In this document: positions 12,477 through 24,886 of the stretch, in pieces
Numbering within the stretch: position 1 is the first letter of the stretch
Layout of the letters: every line of letters starts with the position of its first letter
From: Camelus ferus
Lineage: Eukaryota
DNA length: 64,000 nucleotides
Direction: 5' to 3'
NCBI RefSeq assembly: GCF_009834535.1
Contig: NC_045697.1
Coordinates: 114,950,001-115,014,000 of the forward strand
The notes under the pieces: model-generated
The model's input: only the letters and a program-made list of their open reading frames with translations
What the model was told of the DNA's origin: nothing
Databases searched by the model: none
Position numbers and translations under genes: made by a program

Positions 12477-14831
12477 GATACTCTTACGAATACTGGTGTT
12501 TTTGTAACAGTATTAGTCCATTTTTGCTGATATTAACTACATTGGTTTCTAATTGGCTAGAATGTTGTATCATCTTTGACTTTCAGTCTATTTGTGTGTC
12601 TTTTTTATCATGTCTTTTTCAAAAGTTTACAGTTTGGTTTTAATCTAGTTCAACCTATTTTGTCTTTTAGCTGGCATATTTATCACACCAACAGTGAATA
12701 TGAGATATGGACATTATTCAGACTAAATCTACTGTCATATTTTCTGCTATCAGCCCTAATTTAAAAAAATTTTTTTTCTGTTGTTTTTCTTTTTTCCTTG
12801 TGTTCATATATACATTAAAGTTTTCCTTTTCTCAATTTTTTAATTTACCACTTAGGATGAGAAACACTTTTCGGTGACCACTATGAAAATTTTAAAACAC
12901 ATAAATTAACAAAGCCTACACTTAAAGATCTTTACTCACTTTCTTTACAATAAAGATCTTAAAGAATTTTATTTCTGATATTATCTTTTTGATTCAGATG
13001 CTATTTGGGTCAATGTTATTTTTATTAATTAGTAGTCATTCCGATTTTTAAAAATATATTTTTATTTTAAGACATCAGTTACACTGTGTCACACTTCCCT
13101 TGGTCTTTTTTCCTTACATCTCATATCTTTATATTGTCATTTCTCTTGGATTTCAGATCTTCTTCTAGAAATACATCTTTCAGTAATTTATTTAATAAGA
13201 GTTTGTTTGTATGTGTTCTTTCACATCGTTTGAATGGGGGGAAAAGGCCCTTACTCATTGAGTGGTAAAAAGTAAATGCATTAATGTTAGTTGAAATTTC
13301 TCTTAAATAGTTAGTTGACATTATTCTACCATACTATTTTCTACCCTTGCTGATGACAATTCAAATGTTAGTTTAAATGCAAAATGCAGTTCTTTGTAGA
13401 TAATAATTTTTACGTCCAGTTTTGATTTTCTTCTTATCTATGGCATCCTTTGCTTCTAAAAATGGAGGTTTGTTTTCTTGTTTACTCTTTGCTTTATTCA
13501 AAATTATTTTCTCCTCTCCCTAACTGATTCTAGCTTTATTTTATCTCTTAATAATTTTATATCCAGATAAATATTTCCTTTTAGCTTATATAGTTTTTTT
13601 TTTTCTATTGCAATAGATTTACAAATATATTATTACTTTTCGGTTACATTATCATCACCCCATGTCTATATTTCAAGGTTCAGGGCTTACGTTGTGTTGC
13701 CCTTTTTTACCTTAATCATGGGTCCCTTTTCCTAATTCACTTGACACACTGTTAAATGGACTCAAAGCATTTCCTTAAATAAGCTTAATGATTGTTGCCA
13801 AGGATGCTCTTCACAAGCGTGAAAATATGTGACACTACCAAGCAGAGGGTGGCTTTTGACTCGGATTAGTCAACTGCCCTCACATGGGAAGGTCCAGGTT
13901 AAATGCATTATCTGGGATCTGCCAGCACTTTTGCAATCACCATTCGAGACAGGAAGTTATGAAGGAGAAGAGTTGTGGATGTGTGCTCAGCCTGCCCTCC
14001 ATGTTCCCCAATTCAAGGGACAGTGTTCATTATTTCTTTATCTTTCCATTTTAACTTCTGTGAAGTTTTGTATTATTCAAAAGATACGCATTGATCATTG
14101 GATTGTATTTAATTCTACTTAGTTAATATCTTCTTTTAATTTTTTTTTTTAATGTGGGCAGCACTCAGGATAACCAGGTAGAATATCCAGAAAAGTTACT
14201 CTTCAACACGATGGAGGCAACATAGATCAAAATTCCAATGTTCAGTGCATCAGTGAGGATGTTCCTTGTCTTAATGAGTTTTCAGGAGCTTCATATATGC
14301 ACTGTTGGCACTCTGAGGCATTTTTATAGCTCATAAGAAAACATAAGTGGAAACAAAAGTGGCAAAATAGCAAAATTAGACACTTAAAAATTGTTTTTAG
14401 TGTGTACATGAGATCATTTCATTAGAAACTAGATCACATGCAGAGATGACTGTGGTGTCAGCTTTTCCCTAGCTGATGATGAAATCAAGTCAGCTGGTAT
14501 ACCACACAGAACACTAGAACACCATTCTGCCACTTAAGTCAGTTTCTAAAATAGATCTGATTCAGGTTAGATATGAGCTGAGATGGGGTTGATTTCACTT
14601 TAACTAATTTTTATTAGGTGATCATTTCATCCACATTACTTTTTCCTGTGAAGTAAAAGCCTATGTCTTCATGCATAAAATGATAAATTCAGGTAGCTTT
14701 AAGGAGATAATTTTTCAATTTTTGAATAATTCAATTTAATTTAATAATCATTTAATTTAATAATTATCAAGCTAGTAATTATTTAATTTAATAATTTTGA
14801 TAATTATACATATATAAATATGCAAATAAAT

Positions 14832-15222
14832 TATGGCTGACAGCCTCTAAAATGGATCCTAATGGCTTCTGCCTCCTGGTATTCACATCTTTGTGCAATC
14901 TCCTCCGTTTGACTATGAGCTGGACCTTGTGTCTCTTCTAAGGAATAGACTATGGTAAAAGTGATTGATTATCATCTTTGAAATTAGATTGTAAAATGAC
15001 TGTAACTTTCATCATATTTGTTCTCTCTCCCTCTTTCTTTCTCTCACTTTTTCTCTCTGAATCTCAATTCTTATTTTGAGTGATTATGAGATACTTCAAG
15101 TTAGAGGCATCCAACTAAATTGTGCTCAGTTTATTGACCACAGAATCTGTGAGACAATAAATGTATGCTATGTGAAGCCACAAAATTTTGGAGTAATTTG
15201 TTATGAGGCAATAGATAATTCA
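14832..15222 (+). mobile_element. MaLR LTR, MLT1F-like, internally deleted
   Basis: gcctctaaaatggatcctaatggcttctgcctcctggtattcac...cacagaatctgtgagacaataaatgt...tttggagtaatttgttatgaggcaatagataa. Confidence 0.75.
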
Positions 15223-15339
15223 TTATCATCTGACAAAATATATACTAAAATTTAACTTTTTACATTTTTGTTATTAATATTAATTTTAGTGATTTCTATA
15301 AGTCTTAAATTTATACTTGATGCCAAAAATCTCGAAATA

Positions 15340-15561
15340 CAGTTGACCCTTGGACAACACAGGATTGAACCACACTGGTCCACTTATACAATTTCTTTTT
15401 TTCACGAAATAAATACAACTGTAGTATATGATCTATGGTTGGCTGAATCCATGGATGCAGAACTATGACTATGAAGGAGGACCAATGATAAAGCTGTATG
15501 CAGATTTTCAACAGCGTGAGGGTTGTTGCTGTTAACCCCAGTATTGTTCAAGAGTCAGCTA
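15340..15561. mobile_element. Tigger2a-type (TcMar-Tigger) MITE
   Basis: Left TIR cagttgacccttggacaa preceded by TA (15338-15339); right TIR ttgttcaagagtcagcta; internal ggttggctgaatccatggatgcagaac. Confidence 0.85.
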
Positions 15562-17718
15562 ATATATTGTTCAAGAGTCAACTAAGAGTCAACCATTTGA
15601 TTGGTTTACAACTATTTGTAATAACATGTTATAAAGGAATACATCCCAGCTTGGATTTTGTAAACAATGTCAAAAGGGTTTGCTTACGGGGAAAAATAAA
15701 ATATTCTCTCTAGCTTTGGTTTATTTTAATTAGTCCTTTGGTCAAGAATTAAAGTGAATACATTTTGACTATGAATTTGCTTATTTTTACTGTAATAGAT
15801 GTTAATCTGATTTCTAGGATTGTACATCTCATTCACAGATCCATGAATTGCTTCATACATAATTGGTAAGTTTCTCTCTTTACAGGACATTTAGTTTAAT
15901 TTTGTTTTCAATAAGTCTGTTTTGATATTATTGAGAGGTATTAAAAATTTAATTATCATAAATGTATCTTAAGCATCTAAAAATCAAAGGATAATGTATT
16001 ATGATATACAACTTGATATTCTGTTGTTTGAAAAGCAAATTGAAAAGTAATTTAGTTTGATAACTGATATTTGCACAAAAGTGATATTAATGTGTCACAA
16101 ATAGTGCAGGAATACATTCTAGAGGAGTCTAGCTAATTCAAAACAGAAACAAAGCAAAAATTCAGGCTTCCTACTGTAAGTAAACATATAGGCAATCCAG
16201 TTGTGTGTTCTAATTGATTCTAGCAACTAGCAGCACAATGTCAAAAAATAGAAGATTCAAAGAATGCAAGCATTGACTGTTGGAGCAAGCTTACATCCAG
16301 ATCAAAATGATTGGAATATATTAGGGAAATGAGCAAGTGGGAGGAATAAAGGTTTATTTTGGGTGATGATTATACGATGTCAATCAGGACATTATCTTCT
16401 GGTGTAACGATCTGCTTTTTAGGCTTATAATAGGAGTGTGCAGCTCTGCATACATCTTTGCCTAACTTTAGCTGCAAACACTGCTTTTATTCAAAATCTA
16501 GTGTGACTGAATCAGACAGTTTATCAGCTGGAAGGGGAGAGGTTGCTGACTTTGGTAGAGGTAAGTGGTCTCAGATTTGGTGAGAGAGACCTTGATACTG
16601 GGAAGAATGGTAAGATTTCTGTGATTCTACAACTGGTGACTGCACAGAATCCTAGTACCCAACAGTGGGGGAGAGAAGGTCAGAGGGCACTGGCCACATA
16701 GATGATGTAGATTAGACGCAATGTCAATCATTTCTTTAGATATATACTCTATTTTGATATAAATGTTGTACCCACAATATGTAACTATTAAAAATGAAAA
16801 ACTTAATTTAACAGGTATAAGATAATATATATAATTACTTTATGTATATATATATATATATAAAGACAATTACTTTAAAAAAAAGAAGAGAAAAGTGGTA
16901 TGTTCACATTTAAAGAAGAGAAAGTACTCATCTATTTGAAAAGTGGGGACAGAGTACATTTATTTCAAATTATGCAGTATAGAGATTGCCCAGAACTATT
17001 TGCTTTTAAACTTGTCAGAAGGAATCCCATTTTAGCTGGGTTAACTCAACAGGCCTTACAAACAAGTGTTTTCATTGAATTCAGTTGCTGAAAGTTTTGT
17101 TAAATTTTTACCTGTGTTTATTTATCCTGTGTTCATAGTCTCTAAAGTTGAAATTTTCGCCATCCTTCAGAAGATTTGGGGTGTGTCAGAGGAATGTTTT
17201 CCTGTTGCATTTCTTTACTAATTTCCATGATGTCTGCATGAAAAACGTTAAGAAGTGAAATTGAATGAAATAAAGAATTTATCCAACACAACAAAACTAG
17301 GTGCACAATTCAAACCTCCAAGAAAAGATGAAAGACAGCATTCAAATCTAGGGGGAAATGACAACAAAGACAACTGCAAATGTTACCACGGCCACTACTC
17401 TTAACTCCAGCTAAAAGCATACATTCTTTTAGATTTCAATTCTATCAAGAAAAAAGACTTTTTAATTCTATGTTTAATTATAAGGAGAAATATGACTATA
17501 GAAAGATATTTTTGATAATAAAGGAAAACCATAGAATGTATTGAATACTGTAATACCTTAATTTCTCAGTTCTGTATATTATATCTTATGCTTCTTCCAT
17601 AACTTCTATACTTCACCAAATGTTTGTTGATTTTTCTTATTTTGTACCAGACAGTCCAGCTGCCTGGATGATGTAAATTATCACATTTATATCAATGATG
17701 ATCACATTTATAACAAGA

Positions 17719-17875
17719 GGGGGTTGGGGTAGAGCTCACTGGTAGAGCATGTGCTTAGCATGCACGAGGTCCTGGGTTCAATCCCCAGTACCACCAATAA
17801 AAGAAAAACACCACCCACCACCAAAACAAAATAAAACAAAACAAAACAAAAAAAACCAAAAAAACCACACTAACC
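17719..17875 (+). mobile_element. vic-1-type SINE
   Basis: tRNA-Ala-like head with B box GGTTCAATCCC and (CAAAA)n tail; perfect 12-bp TSD tttataacaaga at 17707-17718 and 17876-17887. Confidence 0.93.
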
Positions 17876-18374
17876 TTTATAACAAGAAACAAATTTAATC
17901 ATATAATTTCTCCTCTCAAAATTCCACTGGTTGCCATGGAATGGATGAATTCCTTACTATGGAAACCATTCTTTTTTTTCCATTTAAGTGTTCATCTGCC
18001 ATCAATGTTTATCTGTGTTGGTTCAATTTTGGTTAAACTGGAAATTAGCACAGTTTGGAGAGCTTGTCTCACATTTTTCTATTTCTATATTGCTTTGCAA
18101 TCTTCTTCTACCTAGATGACTTCACACTTTGTCAAAATTCCACAAACAGAAAAATATTAAATACTTCAACACTGATCTTAAATATCAAGTCCTATATGAC
18201 TTGCTTGCCCCGGCCTTTATTATGACCAGGGGAGGACCTAAAATGAATACTCATGAAGATTCATTGAATTATTTTCCTTATGTTGCTCAGTCCAGAAGCC
18301 AATTCCTTCAGAACATAAATAATCCTTTATCACTTTGAGCTTATCAAAGTAAATTCATAACTTTTGGTTCAAAG

Positions 18375-19792
18375 AAGTGATGGCATATCACTTTTCCTTG
18401 TTCCTCCCTCTATATACAACTAAATATATGAGAAATAATACAACACAACCATAAAAGAACTCTGAGTGTTAAAAAGAGGAAGGTAAACTAGCCAGAGACA
18501 TCAACACTTAAAGAATAATATATAGGTTATTTCTAGATTGAGTGGCACAGAGCTCTGCAACCCAGAAACCCCTTAGGCATAGACGCATACAAAAACTAAG
18601 CGTGCAAATGTTTTACAATTCAGAAATTTTACTATTGGGCATTTTCCCCTGAGAAATAAAAACCTCATGTTTTCCTCAAAATTTGTAAACAAATTTTAAT
18701 AGGAGCTTTATTTTTTTATAAGCAAAAACTGGCATCATCCCAGATGCTCTTCAATAGGTGAATGGTTAAAGACATCATGTTATGTGATTACCATGGAATA
18801 CTACTTAGCACTGAAATGCAATGGGCTATCAATACACACAACTTGGATAAATCTTCACAGAACTGTAATGAGTGAAAAGAATCCATCATCAAATTTGGCA
18901 TATTATATGATTCCACTTATATAACATTGTATAAATTGTGGTTAAATATAGCTAGCATACCATTTGCCATTTTAACCATTATTAAACAGTGTACAGTTCT
19001 GTGGCTCTAAGTACATTTACATTATTGTGCATCCATGATAATCAGCTATCTGCAGAGTGTTTTCATCTTCCCTAAATGAAATGGTACAGACACATCATTA
19101 AACCCTAACTCCCCATACTCACCTCTCCCCAGCCCCTGGCAACCACAATTCTACTTTTTTTTCTCTATAAATGTGACCCTTAGAGGTACCTCCTGTAGAT
19201 GTAATTATACAACATTTATCTTTGTATGGCAGAATTATTTCATTTAGTGCAATGTCTTCAAGGTCTATCTCTATTGTAGCATGTGTCTCAATCTTGGGTC
19301 TTTTTAAGCCTAAATAATAGTCCATTGCATGGACATACCACAGTTTGTTTATCCACTCATTCATTAGGTAACATTTTTAAAATGAAAAAAATTTATGGAA
19401 ATGTAGACCCAATAAGTTGTCAAATATTCAGGATGGAGTTAGCTGTGGGGAGGAAGTGGGTGCACTTGGGAAAAGGCACCTGAGAGCTCTTTGTAGTGTT
19501 AGAATCATTCTTTGTGTTTTCTGCGGTGTTGGATACACAAACAGATGTGATAAATTGTCTAGAACTAGCACACACACAAACCTGTGTTTATACACACACT
19601 CAAATAACTACATGTGAAGCTGCAGAAATCTGAACACGGTTAAAGTCAGTATCTTAGTTACCCTTGTTACAGTTTCACAAGGGTTTACCATTAAAGAAAA
19701 TTGGGTAATGTGTAACACGAGATCTCTCGGCACAAATTATAATGACTACGTGTGAATCTTCAGTTTTTTCAAAATAAAATGTTTAGTGAAAA
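18375..19792 (+). mobile_element. L1MD-like element (5' remnant plus 3' UTR) interrupted by an antisense L1
   Basis: 3' UTR motifs caataggtgaatggttaaa...ccatggaatactac...tatgattccacttatataacatt stop near 18928 and resume near 19376, ending gtgtgaatcttcagttttttcaaaataaaa. Confidence 0.75.
18930..19368 (-). mobile_element. L1MB-like 3' end nested in L1MD
   Basis: ORF 19119-19364 (NEWINKLWYVHAMDYY) is an L1 ORF2p C-terminus remnant; cccagcccctggcaaccac motif; taacatt repeated at both junctions. Confidence 0.85.
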
Positions 19793-19889
19793 ATTAAGAG
19801 AGAATTTCAAATGTCTCCTATCTTTTAGTAATGTAATGGGTACCCTTAGTCATGGTGGTATTTGACACATCTGATAATGAAGATTGATA

Positions 19890-20520
19890 AGAAACATCCA
19901 AACAAGATGGGGTCATAAAGCTTTCCCAGGGGGATAAAAAGGTATCTGAGACACATATTAAAAGAGAAAGTATTCAAGTGAATCAGGAAGGCAAGGTGAT
20001 TGAGGTCCTTCCAGGCAAAATAAATACCATGAGGAAAACCATACAGGTGTAAATCTGCATTCACTGAAGAGAGTATTAGTAGCCAGTTTTGTCCATAAGT
20101 GATTGAGCAAAATAGGGAGGGACAAATAAAGAGGAATTAAGTAGGAAGAAGTCATATAGAATATTTGGGATTAAATAACAGTGTCTGGCCTACATCCTGA
20201 AAGCTCTATAGAGCCACTGAACATTTTTAAATAAGGAAACTGTGGGGTCCAACTTGCATTTTTGAAAAAAAAATCATGGAAGATAGTTAATTTAAAGTTA
20301 TTTAGAATGGAAACTGGAAAAACAGAAGAGAAGCTACTGAAATAAATCATCATAACATTTTGCTTCTATGAAAGTGAGGCCAGTGGAGATAAGGAATCAG
20401 AATGGAAAATAGGGAACATGATACAGTAGGAGCTGAGGGGGGAAGAGATGCTTACATCCCATGGAAAGATATGAAAGACCGCACACTGGGGGTCACAGGG
20501 CACGATCTAAAGACAGAAGG
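19890..20520 (-). mobile_element. L2 LINE fragment
   Basis: Purine-rich plus strand with ttccaggcaaaataaataccatg and gagccactgaacatttttaaataagg, typical of antisense L2. Confidence 0.55.
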
Positions 20521-20997
20521 GTCTACAGTGGTAGCATCACGTGTCCGGCAACACAGAGTGAAGGAAAGTTGTAAAAGGAAAAGTGCAGAGCAGAAAAAAT
20601 GTAAATGTTCAGGACCAGGAGACAGTGGCCAGCCTTATCTTCCGGAGGTAACTACTGTGTGTATGTACCATTAATTTAGTTCACTTAATCACCATAAAAA
20701 TAACCTTTCCCAAATATTTAGTTCTGTTTCATGTTCTAAGAGTCTTAATCAGGCTTCGTCAACAATGGGACTATCCAATTTTGTGTGGAAACCCTTAACT
20801 GCAAGGTCTGTGGCTTTCAAAGAAAGACATAAGCACCTTGCAATGATGTGACCTTCCTGGACAAAATGATTTTCCTGTGGGCTTTAACACACTGTTTTTG
20901 ATGGCGGACTTTAACATGTTCTTTTTGACTATGTAACTCTCATAAATCCAAAACATTGATTGAAATACCTGCCACTTTCCCTCCTCTCATTTTTCAC

Positions 20998-21229
20998 TGT
21001 GGGGCCTTTTTGGTAAGACACCCCCCCCCCATGTTCTCTGCTTGCCTCTTGTTTTCTTGTTTGTAGAAAAGCTGTAGTCTCCAGGACCTCCCCTGATGGG
21101 GAGTTTGGGATTTGCAGATATTAACTATTATACATAAAATAGATGAACAACTAGGTCCTACTGTGTAGCACAGGGAACTGTATTTAATATCTTGTAATAG
21201 TCTATAATGAAAAAGAATAGAAAAAGGAG

Positions 21230-21288
<59 letters not shown>

Positions 21289-21903
21289 GAATCACTATGC
21301 TGTACTTTAACGTAACACTGCAAACTGACTATACTTCAATAAAAACAAACAAACAAAAACCAAAAAATGAATTAATTGATTGAAAGAATATGAACACGTA
21401 GTGACCCAAAAAAGTGACATTTAGACCAGGAAAACTGGTGACAATTTAGGAAATCAGCCTTACAGTAGTCACAGAGTTTAGTTTCTCCCTGAAGCACTTA
21501 GCTAACACTGTCTGATGCACACTCCTGAGTTGTTTCACAGATGTTTCACAAAAGGAAGAAGTTAACTGCCTGATGAGCAGGAGCACGTAGCCCCCCACAC
21601 CGGCTGGAGCCTGAGGATTGATGATAGTTACCCCTTGGACACCACCCTGTTACCTCACCATCAAGCAATCAGAGAACTGCGCAGAGGCTAATCACACACC
21701 TGGCCGCCCCCTTGCTCACATCGACTTTAAAATTCTTCCCTAAAACCTACTGGGGAGTTCAGATTTTTTGAGAGTTCAGATTTCCCACACTCCTTGTTTG
21801 GTACCTGCAATAAATGCTGCACTTCCCTTCACCACCACTCAGGGTCAGTAGATTGTCTTTACTGCACACAAGGGCCAGCAGACCCAAGTGTGGTTCAGTA
21901 ACA
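20998..21903 (+). mobile_element. ERV1-type solo LTR interrupted by an L1 3' fragment
   Basis: Starts TGT, ends GTAACA; aataaa near 21808 followed by U5-like gacccaagtgtggttcagtaaca; TSD not evident, so the start is uncertain. Confidence 0.7.
21097..21367 (+). mobile_element. 5'-truncated cetartiodactyl L1 3' end with expanded internal (TA)n
   Basis: gggagtttgggatttgcagata...gcacagggaact...(TA)n at about 21235-21286...gactatacttcaataaaaac and an A-rich tail. Confidence 0.9.
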
Positions 21904-21923
21904 TTAGCTTTTGAGAAATAGAG

Positions 21924-22040
21924 ACCATCATCACCCTCAGCAGCATCACCATCAGCAGCAGCAGCAGCATCACCATCATCACCCTCATCATCGTCATCAT
22001 CATCACCTTCCTTATCACCCTCATCATCATCATCCCTTCA
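21924..22040. repeat. Compound (CAT/CAC/CAG)n trinucleotide repeat
   Basis: catcatcaccctcagcagcatcaccatcagcagcagcagcagcatcacc... seen directly; explains the poly-Met ORF 21845-22033. Confidence 0.95.
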
Positions 22041-22129
22041 TAGTTTGAGATCAGTGTTTATAGTAAATCAAAACTGTATCATGTTAGAAAATACTCTGTC
22101 TTCTCTGGAGACATTGTGAAGACAAGATG

Positions 22130-22412
22130 AGACACTGGCATAGTGAAAAGTTCCATGAAGGCAGAAAATTTTAAGTGCTAAAGCATAGCCCAGTCACTTA
22201 CGAGTTAAACCATGGGAAATTGCCAAGGTGAGAAACAAAAGTCAAAAACGGCAGTTCCATTTTATTCTATGTACGCATAACTTCTTGAACTCAGTTTCTT
22301 AATTTTTAAAGTCAGGTAAATAATTCCTTTGTTGTAGAGAATTAAGTTAAGGCAATATTTGCATAATGCTTGGAATACCTAAAAGACTAAATAAATAATA
22401 GCTATTTTATTA
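22130..22412 (+). mobile_element. MIR SINE (interrupted)
   Basis: MIR core-like ctcagtttcttaatttttaaagtcagg...gttgtagagaattaagttaagg and a terminal aaataatagctattttatt. Confidence 0.6.
22199..22273. mobile_element. MADE2-like mariner MITE inserted in MIR
   Basis: About 75-bp imperfect palindrome gttaaaccatgggaaattgcc...ggcagttccattttattc bounded by TA; resembles MADE2 (ggttgaaccatatgaaattgcc...ggcaatttcatatggttcaacc). Confidence 0.6.
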
Positions 22413-23055
22413 ATTTCGGTATATCTCTGTACTCATTTCACTGTGCTTTACAAACTGCCACTTAATCCCTCTAGGATTAATTTAAATGCAAATGTTGCAT
22501 TCAGATCTTAACAGTCGTATATTGGGGGAAAAAAAAGTCTAAGGCTTTGAAATAATGATAAATACTCTATTAACTTTAATTGTTATTTTCTAAGAAGCAC
22601 GCAAGAGACTGTGACAAGAACATCACCACAGGCAAAGGTCTATTAGCCAACTAGACCAATAAAAATTATACCTCTTGTCAAAATTGGAAGGGCCAGTAAT
22701 CATTAACAAGCCTAATAAAGAATTACAGTATTAATTTAAAAGTTTATTTTTATTCACTTGTGAACCTTGGGCTAATTCCAGAAGTCACATGAAGGAAATG
22801 GAAATGCCGCCTGTCTAATTTCCCTGCCTGCTTCATGCATAACAAGAACGGGGTTGACGCTCCAGTCAAGAAATCAATTATTAGGCAGGGCAGACATTAT
22901 TTTAATGCAGAAGAAATGTGTTTCTAAAAGTTTGTACTGTTGTTGTTAAATAGATTCTTTTCTTCTCAACAGTTTCCGCAGCAACAAACCCACCCTCTCT
23001 CTTTCTGTAGCAAGATTTCTACTTAGGTAGAAAGGATTTGAAGTAAACATGACAA

Positions 23056-23214
23056 GGGGGAGGGTAAAGCTCAGTGGTGGAGTGTGTGTTTAGCAAGCAT
23101 AGGGTCCTGAGTTCAATCCCCAGCACCTCCATTAAAAATCAATCAATCAATCTAATTGTCCTCCCCCAAAAACCCCAAAAAACCCCAAAAACTAAAAAAA
23201 AAAAAATGAAAATA
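23056..23214 (+). mobile_element. vic-1-type SINE
   Basis: gggggagggtaaagctcagtggtggag...gagttcaatccccagcacctcc with A-rich tail; degenerate TSD aagtaaacatgacaa / aagtacacaacaa. Confidence 0.92.
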
Positions 23215-23759
23215 AAGTACACAACAAAATAACTAGCATTTCTATACATGCTTTTTTCATTACATTAGACTATATATGTTCAGTTTAAATTTATTTATCT
23301 CAGATAACTAATCTGGGGAAAAAAACTATAAACTAAAAATAGACAGATACAAAAACCTTAAACATCATTGTCTAGTGGATAAAACTAACTCACTTATAGA
23401 CTGTATTCATCCCCTGTATAATACTAAACAAAAAGGTAAACACTGAGAAATAAGTTTGCAAATCTTATCTTTTACAATGTTTTATGGAAGGCAAAATTAG
23501 AAATTGTAAAGATTAACCTTAATGGAATCTACTGATATTGTCCCAACATCACATGATGAAGGTGGATTTACTACTGTTGGCCTCAGTCTTGAGAAAAACC
23601 TTCTTCTTGAAGAGCAGTCCACTGACTTGAGCCAGGAAGCTTGACTTTAACCTTCAAAGCTGCATTTTCTTACCATTACCTCCGTTCCTCTATTTCAAGT
23701 CCTCCGGGGAAGGCACCACACTTAATGGGCCAAGTAACTTTTTCCCCTTTGACCTTTCT

Positions 23760-23931
23760 TTTTGTTTAATGTTTTATTTATTATTGTATTATTTTTAATT
23801 ATTTTACTTTGGCAGGTGGGAGGGGGGAGATAATTAGGTTTGTTTATCTTTAGAGGAGGCACTGGGGATTGAACCCAGGACCTTATACATGCTAAGCATG
23901 CTCTCTACCACGTGAGTTACACCTCCCCACC
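23760..23931 (-). mobile_element. vic-1-type SINE
   Basis: Plus strand ggggattgaacccaggaccttatacatgctaagcatgctctctaccac; ctttcttt on both flanks. Confidence 0.92.
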
Positions 23932-24269
23932 TATATCTTTCTTTACTACACTTTTTCCCCTTCTTGTTTCAGCTGTTGTCTCATCATTATTTTAAGTCTT
24001 TAATGATATAATTAGTGAGTAACAGATTGAGAAGACACTTGAGAGGGCAAAGTCTTGTTTTCATGCCATCTGGATTTCTATTACATGTGTGACTCACTCT
24101 CTAAATAAATCTCTATACACTATGTGTTCTAAAGTATAGAATACCCTCAGTAACATATCACTGGGATAAGACCATTTGATGCTTAAATGATGTACCACAT
24201 GGATATTATGAATATCTAAAATTTTTTGAAAGGTAACTATGCACTAACATTACTCTGTATGGTGTTCAG

Positions 24270-24410
24270 CTATAAGGGGGTCCCTTTGAAGCCCCATTTA
24301 CTGTTGAATAAACTAAGAAATGCAAAGAATTCAATTTGCCTATTATCACATAGTCAACCAGTGTCAAGATTTGATTCCAAGCAGTCAGTCTCCAAAGCCG
24401 TGCTCTGAAT
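24270..24410 (-). mobile_element. MIR SINE fragment
   Basis: ccccatttactgttgaataaactaag...atttgcctattatcacatag...gatttgattccaagcagtcagtctccaaagcc. Confidence 0.6.
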
Positions 24411-24749
24411 CTTCACTCATTATCCTTTGTTTTATCACGTGGGACATGCATCACCCATGTGCCTCTCTCTGTTACACTGACAGCAGATAAAGTATTAACA
24501 TAGTCCACAAACTGTCTCTTACTCAAAGAGAAATGATCATTATGGTCTTTTAGATACTTACCTTTATATATCTGAAGTTTGTATCTGTGCATACACACCA
24601 TGATAAAAAACAACTTAAGGGCTACTTTTTAACATGGTTGCATATCTCATAAGAAAATGTATGTCTAATCTATATTTTTCGGTTATGACACATTATGGAA
24701 AGAAATACATTTTAGAATAGAATAAACATGGCAACATGCCTTTGGTTTT

Positions 24750-24886
24750 TCATTTTCTTTTTTTTTTTTTGGAGGGGGAAGGTAATTAGGTTTATTTGTT
24801 TATTTCTAGAGAAGGTACCGGGGATTGAACCCAGGACCTCAGGCATGGTAAACATGTGCTCTACCACTTGAGCTATACCCTCCCCC
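24750..24886 (-). mobile_element. vic-1-type SINE (relatively young)
   Basis: Perfect 17-bp TSD aacatgcctttggtttt at 24733-24749 and 24887-24903; intact A and B boxes. Confidence 0.95.

Noticed and set aside
16472..16560. Possible plus-strand exon with donor GAG|GTAAGT encoding ...GEVADFGR (kinase DFG-like)
   Set aside because: No HRD/catalytic-loop context at the right spacing; the stronger upstream acceptor (16422) gives stops in all frames
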